Assembly: GCF_011386835.1 (NCBI RefSeq)
Contig: NC_088794.1
Location: 132,990,001 to 133,054,000, forward strand
DNA: 64,000 bases
From: Chrysemys picta bellii
Taxonomy: Eukaryota
Direction of reading: 5' to 3'
The notes beneath the pieces were generated by a model that did not search any database, had not been told where the DNA came from, and saw only the letters and a program-made list of their open reading frames with translations. A program made the translations under genes and the position numbers. Shown here one piece after another: positions 12,477 through 24,365 of this stretch (positions within the stretch are counted from its first letter, which is position 1; every line of letters starts with the position of its first letter).

Positions 12477-13985
12477 ATCTAAAGCTCTGGGATGAAGATC
12501 ACAGTCAACAACTCTAATCCTCGGACACAATGGAACTCTCAACAATAAGTGTAAAGCTCATGTGTGGGAGACAGAACTGTCTTCCGGCATGGTCTGAGAC
12601 TGTGGAATTAGCTCCTGGGGGAGTTTATGACGATCACAAACTTCACCACTGTCTGCTCCAAGTGCCAGGCACATTTCTTTGACCTTGCCTTTTCTAAGAT
12701 AAGTGCCTGTTGCTATGTGTGTGGGTTTTTTTTTAAATAATATAAGACAACCATTACCAAAACAAGACACTCTGCTGCACCCACTTCTCCCTCTGGGAAG
12801 CAGAGGATAAGAGAACAACCAACATGTGACAGATGTGTAGTCACATGGCTAATACACTACTGGAAGATGCTTGGATACAATGGTGATGAGCGGGATATAA
12901 AAACCTACATAATAGAGAATAAAATTGAACCTCTCTTATTCTGACGCAGGAGCAGAGTCTGCTACCCATGCTCATGTATAGAGCTGACCTTGTGGTAAAA
13001 CTTCAGTGTCTTGTCTTCACTGTGTTTTTACCTCAGGATAACTCACACGTTACTTACCCCGAAGTTTAAAAAAAAAAAAGTTGTTTTAATCAATGAAGAC
13101 AAGCTCATTAATGGCTCTGCTCTTTCGTTAACTTGGTTATGTTTCCAACTGAGACACTCTCATTTGAGCTGGTAATGTGTTGTGACGTATCTTCCCTATT
13201 ATAAAGCCAGATTCTGCTGTCCTTACTTTCATTGAATGTTGCTGTGCTTCATCAGTAGCCCCATTGAAATCATACATCTTACAATGTGGCAATTACACTG
13301 AGAGTTGCAGTGGAGAATATAGCAAATTCAGAGAAAGAGCACTCCCCTAATGGAGAGTCATAGGAAATTGCTATAACAATCACTGGAACCTGATTATTTG
13401 GGCCAGATTCTGCAAGCCTTACTCACGCAGAGTAATATCCTGTCCCACTAGTAGTCCCATTTATTTAGCCCTTTGATACTACTCAGAGTGTTTTCTTTTA
13501 GAGTTAGGTACTCTCACACTGTATCTTGTTCTGCTGCAATAACCAGGAAATTTCAAAGCTCAGTGCTGTTCTCTCTCAATCACTACAGAAGTGTCTGCAT
13601 TGTTTCTCTCTTTTTAGATATGGGAAATATGGACATTCACACACTTGTGAGCACTCATTATGCACTAAGAGCTGAAATTAGGAGATGAATGGCTTCTGCA
13701 AAAATATGAATAATAATAGTTTAAGTTAATGGAAGTTTTTATCTTACGAATGAAGTGTTCATCAGTATTAAACCTTTAGTCACATTTTAATAAGTATTAT
13801 AATTATATGCAAAACAACATCTTTTGTAGACTATAGCTAGAGCAGCACTGAAAAGCTTAACCAAAATAAAGCATTATTCTTAAAAAAGTGTAGAACCAGA
13901 CTACTAACTCCTAGTGTAGAAATTATAAATTCCATTTTATTTAATCTATGGTAATTTTTCTTTAATAAATTCCATCAGCTAGAAT

Positions 13986-14022
13986 GACAGGTTTCAGAGT
14001 GGTAGCCGTGTTAGTACTCCTC
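13986..14022 (+). mobile_element. short Penelope-like terminal fragment
   Basis: ACAGGTTTCAGAGTGGTAGCCGTGTTAGT matches the start of the 34220 element (TCAGAGGGGTAGCCGTGTTAGT). Confidence 0.6.
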
Positions 14023-14204
14023 GTTCTATCAGCTAGAGAGAGAGTGCATAAAGACAGATGGCTATTGACAATTAATATTGCAGACTTTGCAAGATCATGG
14101 ATGCTAAAAAAATTTACATAATCATTTAGAACAGTAATAAATAATATAAAAACTTTTTTCCCCCCATGTACATGGCACCTTAAGTCTGAGGACCTCTAAA
14201 CACT

Positions 14205-14400
14205 AAACAAATATGAATTAGTTCTGAGGACATCACTGTGATGCATGTATTTTACAGAGTTAAGCTTTCTGTGCCCCAGTTTACCCAATATACAAAATGT
14301 CACAACCCAAACCAGTAGCAAAACCAGACAGGACTGAACCTCAAGAATTCTGGGCTTCCAGCTCTGTGCTCAAACTATTACCAGATCACATCTCTTACCA
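14205..14400 (-). mobile_element. MIR-like CORE SINE remnant
   Basis: degenerate TTTTACAGA...GAACCTCAAGAATTCTGGGCTTCCAGCTCTGTGCTC, resembling a reverse MIR core and head. Confidence 0.4.
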
Positions 14401-17400
14401 AGAGGAAACAATTTTCTGTTTTCTAGGACTTAATGTAGACCAACTGACCTGTATCCAAGAGTAGGATTCAGAAGCGCTTAGTCCCCATGTACTGACATTT
14501 GACTAACTGCATTATGTCATGGTAGTTTAGTTGATAAATATTGACTTCTAAATAAAACAAGTCCAATTATCTACATACTCTACTTAAATGAATAAAAAAG
14601 TAATTTTCCAAGTTTCTTGATTAAAGTTTAAGAATTTTGTATACAACTTTTATTGTAATGAGAAATTAAGTGCCCTTCTACGGTTATATCAGTAAGCTCT
14701 GAAAGGCTAACTAATGTCATTTTGCATTTAATATAACTTTCTTGCAGCCAATCTCAGAAACCTGTTGTGGGAAGGTAGGGAGGGGGCGTATTTTGTTTTT
14801 AACAGTTGCATAAATTGGCTAATTTCAATATTTCTTTTAACATAGCAGCTAGTCTGCCCTAGTTAGTTCCTGGACATTATTGTCAAATTTATGCATTTAC
14901 AGACATCAGCTTACTGAAAAAGAATGCTAATGGTCTCAGAACATTTCAGGGCTTTTTGTGTTTTTATTTAGTACTGAAAGGGCCTACAATTTTTATTTTA
15001 GAAACCATCTGGGTTTTTTTGGTTTTTTGTTTTTAAATCACACAGGGGTCATCAATGCAGCTGGCGCTGTGTTTGTGCCAGAACTTGGACTAAACTTAAA
15101 GTAGGCAGTACCAGGAATATAAGCAGAGGCCAGGTGTTGGGGGAATCATTCTTGCTAACTTCACCTGAGAAAGAGAGGTTTGAATCTACATCGTAGTCAG
15201 CAAGAGGATTGGCAGTGAATGTAGGGCTTGATTTTCAGAGTTGTTGTGTAGCCACAGCTCTCATGAACTTCAAATGGAGTTGTGGGTAAATAGTATCTCT
15301 GAAAATCAGGCCACCTGGTTTGTTCTTTCAATAGTCCTACTATGGACTGTTTCAGGGCGTCCTCTTGTCAGCAGTCGGCCAAGGCTTACCTTGCTGACTT
15401 GGAACAGCCAAGACTGGCATGAGACTTGATCATAGGTAGTGGAACAGACTTTTTCAGTGTACCCATTACCAACTTCTGTGGGACTAGGCCCAGTTCTGAA
15501 AAAGTGGGTGGAATGCATGGTTCTCCCTGTTCAAGCATGTATCTCTTCAGGTGCAATAGACTGCCATAAATCTGCCCGATTTGGGCAAAGTTTGGGAAGA
15601 GTTTCTGACAGTGGCCATTGGGCAGGGCTGTGGTTGCAAAAAGACAATCCAAATTGTAAAAGGTTTGGAAGTGTGTTTTAAACAGAACTTTAATAAAGCA
15701 TAAACTAAAATACCAAAAGTAATTCATGTGAAGAAAAGCTACATTACCATTCTATTAGGGCTTTGACTTCCACTGACAAAAGACAGACAATTCTAAAGTA
15801 TAGCTGCCACTGTGTCCTTAACTCACTGCATATGTTCCCATGGCTGCTGTTTTCCTTTAGAGGTCATCTTTGTTCACTTTTTTTCATTTTTGGCTGACCA
15901 TCAGGAAGGGTCAGTGAGATGGAAGGGGGCTTTGTTGTTATGGGCTTTGGTTTGTGGGGGGGGGGGGAGAGAGTGGGTTTGGTACTGTTTATTTTTGTGC
16001 ATCCGTGTAAAAGAACAAGAGCTCAAAATGGGATTTTTTTCTGTCTGATTGCTACAAATATCTCTTGATTTCACAGACTTGATTTCGCTTTCATTAGTAC
16101 CAGCTGTTTATCTTGTCCACTAGAGCTCATTCTCTGAGGTACTGATATTTTATGTACACTAACATTCATAGAGTTTTCCAAGTTTAACAATAGATGATAC
16201 AAATACATCGACTGGGCCAAATTCATCCCTGGAGTAACTCCCTTGAAGCAAATAGGATGAATATGGCCTATCATGATTAAATTCCTTGGTTTCTCTATTG
16301 ACTAAGCCATCCTTCTTTTTGTGCAGCTTTCTCTTTCCACAGTTTTTCCTGGCTGGATACCAAAGATGGATTTAAACTGTATCTTAGCGATTTGCACTGG
16401 ATTTTACTGCAAACATTAGTCACTAGCCATCAAAGTAACTACTGCATCAAATGTTTGTCTTTCAATAAGGCACCTTTCCAAAATGCACGTGCCATTTGAT
16501 CTAAATGGAAACAGCATGTGTCAGAGATTTGCTTCTTCAGATGCGGTCATTAATACCAGGGGAGTTCACCATGTAACGCTCAGGAATAGTACAAGTACCT
16601 AATCCACTTTCTAAAGAAAGAAAAAAAAAAGTCACATGGCCAAATGTTCCCCTCCCCAAAAGGAGATACATATATAAGAGGGCAAAAGCTGCATGTTCCA
16701 GGATGTGAGCAGTGTCTGCACATCTGGTCATGCAAACCGTCTGGTATTCCCCCCCCCCCCCCCCCAGTGACCGTCTCCACCCCAGAACATGCCCTTATCT
16801 GCAAAGAAATGGATTTTCTCTCAGTGCCCCTGCCTGCAGTCCTCCTGGCCAGAAGTAATTCACAAACACTAATATGCTTGGATACACTGAGTTCCTTTTG
16901 ATAGCACCTGCCTGTAACAGCATGTTGAATCTCATTGTCCTTTCCTGTGAGCATGTGTAGCTCATTCTCCTTATGCCCCTTACAACACTTGTGCTTCAGG
17001 CCCTCTCTTATTGGGGACGCTTGTCAGAACCTGACAAAAAAGAATGACAAATAATTTCAGAGGTGGGATGACTGTCATGGGGCTGCTTGCTACACATATC
17101 AGACATAGCACAAAATGACACCTATTCCTCTCTAATCAGCTGCAGAGGATATTTGTGATGGATTGAGAGCTTACGTCAAAAGTTAAATTCCCATTTACTC
17201 AGTAAGCCAGGAAATGATGCAATGCAACACTGCAGTATATATGAATGTAATACACTCACTGTCACAGCAAGCTGTTTTGGCAATACCTATTAATGGCCCA
17301 CTTATAGGCAAGTTATAGCCAAAATTAAATTTCCTGCAATGAACAGTAGCTATAAGCACCTTTCCCAGGTAGCAATATATAATTCACTCCTGGCTTCAGA

Positions 17401-18277
17401 ATACCCCACCCACTTTCTCAGAGACCCATTCCATTTTCTGGCATTGTCATGGTATAGCACCGTATCCTGCACATCTCAGGGATAGTCCTTTTTTGGGGGG
17501 GGGAGGGGAAGGGGTCAAGCTTAGAATTGCATCACTTGCTCCACTTCCGAGACCCATGCTTATGCTCAACTAGAGATAGAATTTGGCCCCTGGGATTAGC
17601 ACCTAAAAAAAAAAAAAATCAATAGAAGCAAATACCTTGCTAAATGTGTCCCCACAGCCTAGCCATCAGCTCCTGAATCTTAATATCAGCCTATTTCATA
17701 TACTATATTGAATATTGGGGGAAATGACTACCCAGCCAAGAACACCTATATGTAGTTCTCTCTCCTTTTCCTTAAATATCCTTATACCCCAAGGGACTTA
17801 TGAAGGTGAATCCAGTCTGACACAGAAAATGAGAGGGAGATGCAGGATAAGGGAAATGCACACAACAGACATTTACAATCCCACAGGGGAGCTATGACGA
17901 GACAGAAAGAAGTGTCATTTCATGCACCATAGGCATCAGTTTGAAATCATAATCTGTTCTATGTCTCAGCTTCTTGGCAAACGTTGAAAAAGCACAAGGT
18001 TTGGAAGAATAGAGTCACAAGACTATTTCCAGGTAGCAAACTGCTTGAAAAAGGAAGCCATTGTGTATAGGCTACTAAATAAGTAAAAGGAGCCTAACCT
18101 GGGATCCAGTTGTGTTGTACCTTCTATCATACTCAAGTCCAGTGAGTTATTTCAATGGGAGTACAGGGGATCTTGCTAACATAAGGCAATTTGCATCAAC
18201 TGATCCCCCTGCTTATCTTGATGTCATGTTGCTTCCAATTTAGATGATACATTATGTTGCCATTAATCCTGCATTAC

Positions 18278-18300
18278 AAAAAAAAAAAAAAAAAAAAAAA
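18278..18300. repeat. poly(A) run, 23 nt
   Basis: direct read. Confidence 0.95.
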
Positions 18301-19410
18301 GAAAGAAAACTTTCTCCCATGCTCTGGATTCTATTAACGGACTGAATTTCCCACTAGACCATACCTCTTTCCCATGTGGCTGGAAGCTGTGAAACAGAGC
18401 CACATCATACTCTGAGTACGCAAGTCTCTGCTGCCAACCCTTTAATCCCAAATGGTGTCAAAGGGCCCACTTCCAGCAGTTATGCATACATTTTTAAGAC
18501 ACCCCAGCAAGGTCATCTACTCAGGATATTCCCTCTGAACAATGGATGATTGGCAGATAACAATGTTTAACTTCTGTCTTTACTTTCGTACATGTTTATG
18601 GCTCAATTGCACAGCTGCTCATTTGTCAACTACACAGTCTTGTAGCATAGATGACATCAGATATTCCTTAGGCACTGTGTCATGATCTCCTTTGGGCTCT
18701 TGAGGTGGACTGTGATGCAACACATCATGTTGCTAGATGTGTAAAATAATATACTCTGGCATGCTAAAAATGAGCTGATAATACCTTACCCCTTCTTGGG
18801 GCCCTTTAACAGCCTCTTGAGGAAGTTTGAAGAGCTGCCAAGTATTCAAGATGTGCTGTGTTCTGTAGAATTTGGCTTCCTAAAGAACAACTTCTCCCTC
18901 CCCACCCCTGACAGAAACCATCACACAGAAAATAGATAAGAGGGAAAGAAAAACTCTACATGAATAACTGCAGCAAAGAAGAGGCTGAGGTCCTTCTGAG
19001 ATGGTGAGTAAAGGAAAAGCAATCAGGGCTATCTCGTCTTTCACAGAAAGACCTCTGTGTTCTAGGGGACTTCATGTCCAAGTGCCAAATGGAGACAGCT
19101 CCAAAGAGCAATTGAGCTCTTTCTATTTCAGAAACCCAAGAAGAAGTACAACCTAAGTACCACAGGTGTAGGACGGAATACTTGTGCAAGCTATCACTCC
19201 TGTCAGCTTCTGCCTAGTGGTGAATTTAATACTAATTAAAGGGTTAAAGCCAGATATCCCAGTTATTAGTTTAGGTTGATTGGGTTTTGAGGGGGGAGGG
19301 GTTGGGTGTTTTTTTTTTGTTTTGTTTTTTTGGTATTTCATACAAGTACAATGAAATACAGCCCCTGTTATAAACTTTCTAGAGAAATAGGACCCTGTGG
19401 TTCCTAATCA

Positions 19411-19541
19411 AGGCTTCCGCCCAGCAAAACACTTAAGCATGTGTCTCTCTGTCACCTGCAAGAAGCCCTATTAACTTCAAAGGGGCATCTCATGTGCCTA
19501 AAGTTAAGCTTGTGCGTAAGTGCTTTGCTGGATCCAAGCCT
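19411..19541. mobile_element. palindromic MITE of an abundant family
   Basis: arms CCAGCAAAACACTTAAGCA / TGCGTAAGTGCTTTGCTGG; related copies at about 2245-2420, 6040-6135 and 33505-33905. Confidence 0.6.
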
Positions 19542-19722
19542 CAAGAGTTATTGTTTACTAGATAGAATTTAGTATACTTATTTGCAATAGTTTCCAGCTA
19601 GATGTATCTATAGCATGTCGGAAATAAGAATAATTACTTGTCTCCTGGATTGGTGGGAGGATTAATTTGTTCAAATTTGCACAGCATTTTGAAGATATCA
19701 ATTACAATATAGTATTAATAAG

Positions 19723-20218
19723 CAAGGCTTCGATTATGTCATGGAATCCATGACTTCCACTGACCTCTGACATTTTCTGCCTCGGGGCTGGAGCTCCCAG
19801 CCAGCCCCGTGCCTGCAGCTCCCAGCCCTCGCCCAGCCACGGCGGGCAGCAGGGGACCCTGCAGCAGCCCAATGGCAACGGGGGAACTCTATAGCTGCCC
19901 AGCCGCAGCAGGCTGCGGGGAGAGCCCCGCAGCTACCCAGACATGTGAGTGGCTGGGGGACCCTACAGTTCCCAACTGCAGCCAAGGGCGAGGGGACCCC
20001 GCAGCAGCCCAGCCCTGCGGGCACTGGGACCCCAAAGCTCCCACGTACCGCAGCTGTGCGGGATTAGGAGCCCCAGCGGCAGTGGGTGCTAAATCTGCCT
20101 ATCCCTTTTGTCAGGGATATTTTTCGTGAAAGTCAGGGACAGGTCACACAAATTTCATGGAAGCCGTGACCTGTCCCTGACTTTTTCTAAAAATATCTGT
20201 GTCAAAAACTTAGCCTTA
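19723..20218. mobile_element. non-autonomous hAT with GC-rich interior
   Basis: perfect 8-bp TSD TTAATAAG (19715-19722 and 20219-20226); imperfect TIRs CAAGGCTTCGATT / AAACTTAGCCTTA; internal hairpin AAAGTCAGGGACAGGTCAC / GTGACCTGTCCCTGACTTT. Confidence 0.85.
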
Positions 20219-20869
20219 TTAATAAGTACACAATGCCAGTAGGAAACAGCACGGATACATTTAAGGTCCCTGTACTAATAGCTGTTTTGTTTTGCGTTTA
20301 CAAATAAGTGAAATTAATACTGTTTAAAAGTGCTGGGTCCTCAGCCCAAGAGACTGAAGTTCTCCGTTTCTTCACCCAACAGGTACCTCTCCTAGGGTAG
20401 GGGCAGTGCAGACATTCTCACACCCCCTCACCAATGTGCTTCACTATTAGCCTTGGATAGATATGAGAGTAATTCTGTCTCTACCACCCATTTATTAGCT
20501 TTCATGATCTAGATATATTGCCTAGGATCTGAGACTACCTACATATTTTGCATATAGCACTGAACTGCTATCAGAAGGGAATGGCTTGTGGTTACCCACA
20601 AGGTGGGCCAAATTCAAATCAGTGACCTAGAGATGAATGACTCCCCACCCAAATACCAGCCAGTGGAGCCAGCCAGACTCCTCCTGCTAAAATTCCATTG
20701 GATGAAATTGTATTGTGAAGTTTAGCTAAGTGGGGGATTAGGGAAGCAGTTTTGAAATATCTGTTGACAATAGCAGTCCAGAGCTTGTCCTTAGGAAGCA
20801 CAAGTCTTGGTCACGGCTGGCACCCTAGTCCTGTTATGTCCTCTTCCCAACCTCCGAGGCACTGGAGCC

Positions 20870-23800
20870 AACATAAGAATAGCCTACTGGGTCAGACCAA
20901 AAGACCATCTAGCTCAGTATCATGTCTACCAACAGTGGCCAAAGCCAAGTGCCCCAGAGGGAATGAACAGAACAGGTAATCATCAAGTGATCCATATAGT
21001 TGCCCATTCCCAGCTTCTGGCAAACAGAGGCTAGGGACACCATCCCTGCCCATCCTGGCTAATAGCCATTGATGGACCTATCCTCCATGAATTTATCTAG
21101 TTCTTTTTTGAACCCTGTTATAGTTTTGGCCTTAACAACATCCTCTGGCAAAGAGTTCCACAGGTTGACTGTGCATTGTGTGAAGAAACACTTCCCTTTG
21201 TTTGTTTTAAACCTGCTGCCTATTAATTTCATTTGGTGACCCCTAGTTCTTGTGTTATGAAAAGGAGTAAATAACACTTCCTTATTTACTTTCTCCACAC
21301 CAGCCATGATTTTATAGACCTCTATCATATCCCCCCTTACTCATCTCTTTTCCAAGCTGAAAAGTCCCAGTGTTATTAATCTCTCCTCATAGGGAAACTG
21401 TTCCATACCCCTAATAATTTTTGTTGCCCTTTTTTGAACCTTATCCAATTCCAATATATCTGTTTTGAGATGGGGTGACCACATCTGCATGCAGTATTCA
21501 AGCTGTGGGTGTACCATGGATGTATATAGCGGCAATATGATATTTTCTGTCATATTATCTGTCCCTTTCCTAATAGTTCCTAACATTCTGGTAGCTTTTT
21601 TTGATGGCTGCTGCACATTGAGCACATGTTTTGAATACTATCCACGATGACTCCAAGATCTTTCTTGAACGGTGATAGCTAATTTAGACCCCGTCATTTT
21701 GTATGTTTAGCTGGGATTATTTTTTCCCCACTGTGCATTACTTTGCATTTCTCAACATTAAATTTCATCTGCCAGTCACCCAGCCTTGTGAGATTCCTTT
21801 GTAACTCTTCACACTGCTTTGGACTTAACTATCTTGAGTAGTTTTGAAACTGCAAATTTTGCCACCTCACTCTTTCCCCTTTTTCTAGAGCATTTATGAA
21901 TATGAATATACAGACCCCTGGGGGATACCACTATTTACCTCGCTCCATTCTGAAAACTGACCATTTATTCCTAACCTTTTCCTATCTTTTAACCAGTTAC
22001 TGATCCATGAGAGGACCTTCCCTCTTATCCCATGACAGCTTACTTTGCTTAAGAGCCTTTGGTGAGAAATCTTGTCAAAGGCTTTCTGAAAATCTAAGTA
22101 CATTATATCCACTGGGTCCCCCTTGTCCACATGCTTGTTGACCCCCTCAAAGAATTCTAATAGATTGGTGAAGCATGATTTCTTTTTACAAAAACAATGC
22201 TGACTCTTCCCCACAAATCATGTTAATCTGTGTCTTACAATTCCGTTCTTTCTGTTCTTAGATTCAACCAGTTTGCCCAGTACTGAAGTCAGGCTTACCA
22301 GCCTGTAATTGCTGGGATCACCTCTGGAGCCTTCTTAAAAATTGGCATCACATTAGCTATCCTCCAGTCATTTGGTACAGAATCGGATTTAAATGATAGG
22401 TTACATATCACAGTTAGTAGTTCTGCAATTTCACATTTGAGTTCCTTCAGAACTCTTGGGTGAATGCCACTGGTCCTGGTGACTTATTACTGTCTAGTTT
22501 ATCAATTTGTTCCAAAACCTCCTCTAATGACACCTCAATCTGGGACACTTCCTCAGATTTGTCACCTAAAAAGAATGGCTCGAGTTTGGGAATCTCCCTC
22601 ACATCCTCAGCTGTGAAGACTGATGCAAAGAATTCATTTAGTTTCTCCGCAATGGCCTTATTGTCTTTGGGTGCTCCTTTAGCATCTTGATCGTCCAGTA
22701 GCCCCACTGGTTATTTAGCAGGCTTCCTATTGCTGATGTACTTAAAAAAAAATTGCTATTATTTTTTGAGTCTTTGGCAAACTGTTCTTCAAATTCTTTT
22801 TTGGCCTTCCTAATTATATTTTTATACTTCACTTGCCAGAGTTTCTCCTTTCTATTTTCCTCACTAGGGTTTAACTTCCACTTTTTAAAGGATGCCTTTT
22901 TGCCTCTCACTGCTTCTTTTACTTTGTTGTTTAGCCATGGTGGCACTTTTTTGGTTCACTATGTTTTTTAATTTAGGGGATACATTTAAATTGAGCCTCT
23001 ATTATGGCGTCTTTAAAAAAGTTTCCATGCAGCTTGCAGGGATTTCACTTTTGGCACTGTACCTTTTAATTTCTGTTTAACTTCCTCATTTCTGTGTAGT
23101 CCCCCTTTCTGAAAATAATTGTTACAGTGCTGGGCTGCTGTGGTGTTTTCCCTGCCACAGAGATGTTAAATTTAATTATATTATAGTCACTATTACCAAG
23201 CAGTTCAGCTATATTCCCCTCTTAGACCAGATCTGTGCTCCACTTAATTGCCTCTCCTCTTGTGGGTTCCAGGACTAGCTGCTCCAAGAAGCAGTCATTT
23301 AAGGTGTCAAGAAACTTTATCTCTGCATCACGTCCTGAGGTGACATGTACCCAGTCAATATGGGGATAGTTGAAATCCCCCATTATTACTGAGTTTATTT
23401 TTATAGCCTTTCTAATCTCCCTGAGCATTTCACAGTCACTATCACAATCCTGGTCAGGTGGTCGGTAGGTAGTATATCCGTACTGCTATATTCTTATTAT
23501 TCAATCATGGAATTACTATCCATAAGGATTCTATGGTACAGTTTGGTTCATTTGGGGTTACCATTTGTCCGGATTCCCCCGGACATATCCGGCTTTTTTG
23601 AGTTAAAAATAGCGTCCAAGGGAAATTTGTAAATGTCCGGATTTCCCCCCCATGCAGAGTGCGCGCGCTGACAGGGCAGCCGGCCGGATCGTGCCACTCA
23701 CACGGGGCTCTGGCAGCCAGAGCCCCTCCTCCGCTTCCCCCTCCTCTCCCCTGCAACTTGAGATCACTCCACTCCTCTCTCTCCCTCCTTCCCCCTCCCT

Positions 23801-24365
23801 GCATTCGCAGATCGCCGGCTGGCCGTTCCCATCGGGCCTCCGGCAGTCTGGAGCAGGGAGGTTCTGGAGGGGGCAGTCAAGAGACAGGGAGCAGAGGGGT
23901 TTAGATGGGTCGGGAGTTCTGGGGGGGGGGGCTGTCAGGGGGTGGGGAGTGGTTGGATGGGGTGTGGGAGTCCCTGGTGTCTGTCTGGGGGTGGGGGGGT
24001 GGATAAGGGTTGGGGCAGTCAGGGGACAGGTAAGGGATAGGGTCCTAGGGGGCCAGTTAGGATGGGGGGGAAGGTCTCAGGAGGGGGCAGTCAGGGGACA
24101 AGGAGTGGGGGGGGAGGGTTGGTGATTCTGAGGGGGGCAGGAAGTGGGAGGGAGTGGAAGGGACAGGGGCGGGGCTAGGGCAGGATGGGGGCGGGGCTAG
24201 GGTGGGGCTCCTCCCGTCCTCTTTTTTGATTGTTGAAATATGGTAACCCTAGTTCATTTAAGATTTCTACTTCATTTAATTCTATGCTTTCTTTCACTAT
24301 TGTGCCACTCCCCCACCAGCACGACCTGTCCTTCTGATATATTTTATACCCTGGTATTACTGTGT
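20870..24365 (-). mobile_element. CR1 LINE (PsCR1-like), long 5'-truncated ORF2 with frameshifts and stops
   Basis: ORF-track fragments: endonuclease VIMGDFNYPHIDW (23222-23428), PPWLNNKVKEAVRGKK, IAEKLNEFFASVFT, RT YLDFQKAFDKISHQRLLSK and GIPQGSV (21894-22214), C-terminal RTRGHQMKL; 3' UTR ends at about 20870. Confidence 0.95.
23553..24251. mobile_element. hAT-Blackjack-like non-autonomous element inserted in the CR1 endonuclease region
   Basis: TIRs TGGGGTTACCA / TGGTAACCCTA; GTTCATT(T) duplicated on both sides; the CR1 rejoins across it. Confidence 0.9.

Larger units (their letters stand above)
11120..12930 (+). mobile_element. L2-clade LINE RT and 3' tail, carrying two hAT insertions
   Basis: decayed RT peptides WLKLNLSKTEVMLV, AFYHLRLARKLHPIL, VIHAFIT and LRKLQSVQNAAA typical of L2 ORF2; tail GATACAATGGTGATGAGCGGGATATAAAAACC at about 12875. 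Confidence 0.85.

Noticed and set aside
18960-19009. ATG-initiated MNNCSKEEAEVLLRW ending at a GTGAGT donor
   Set aside because: No recognisable protein start and no compatible downstream exon identified.
23505-24125. Overlapping GC-rich ORFs of 81-157 aa
   Set aside because: They lie inside a hAT MITE with TIRs and TSD; low-complexity Gly/Pro/Ser translations of G-runs. The same applies to the ORFs at 11496-11883 and 19734-20129.
20870-24365. Cluster of RT/endonuclease ORFs that could be read as a multi-gene system
   Set aside because: They are frameshifted pieces of a single CR1 ORF2; no intact reading frame.
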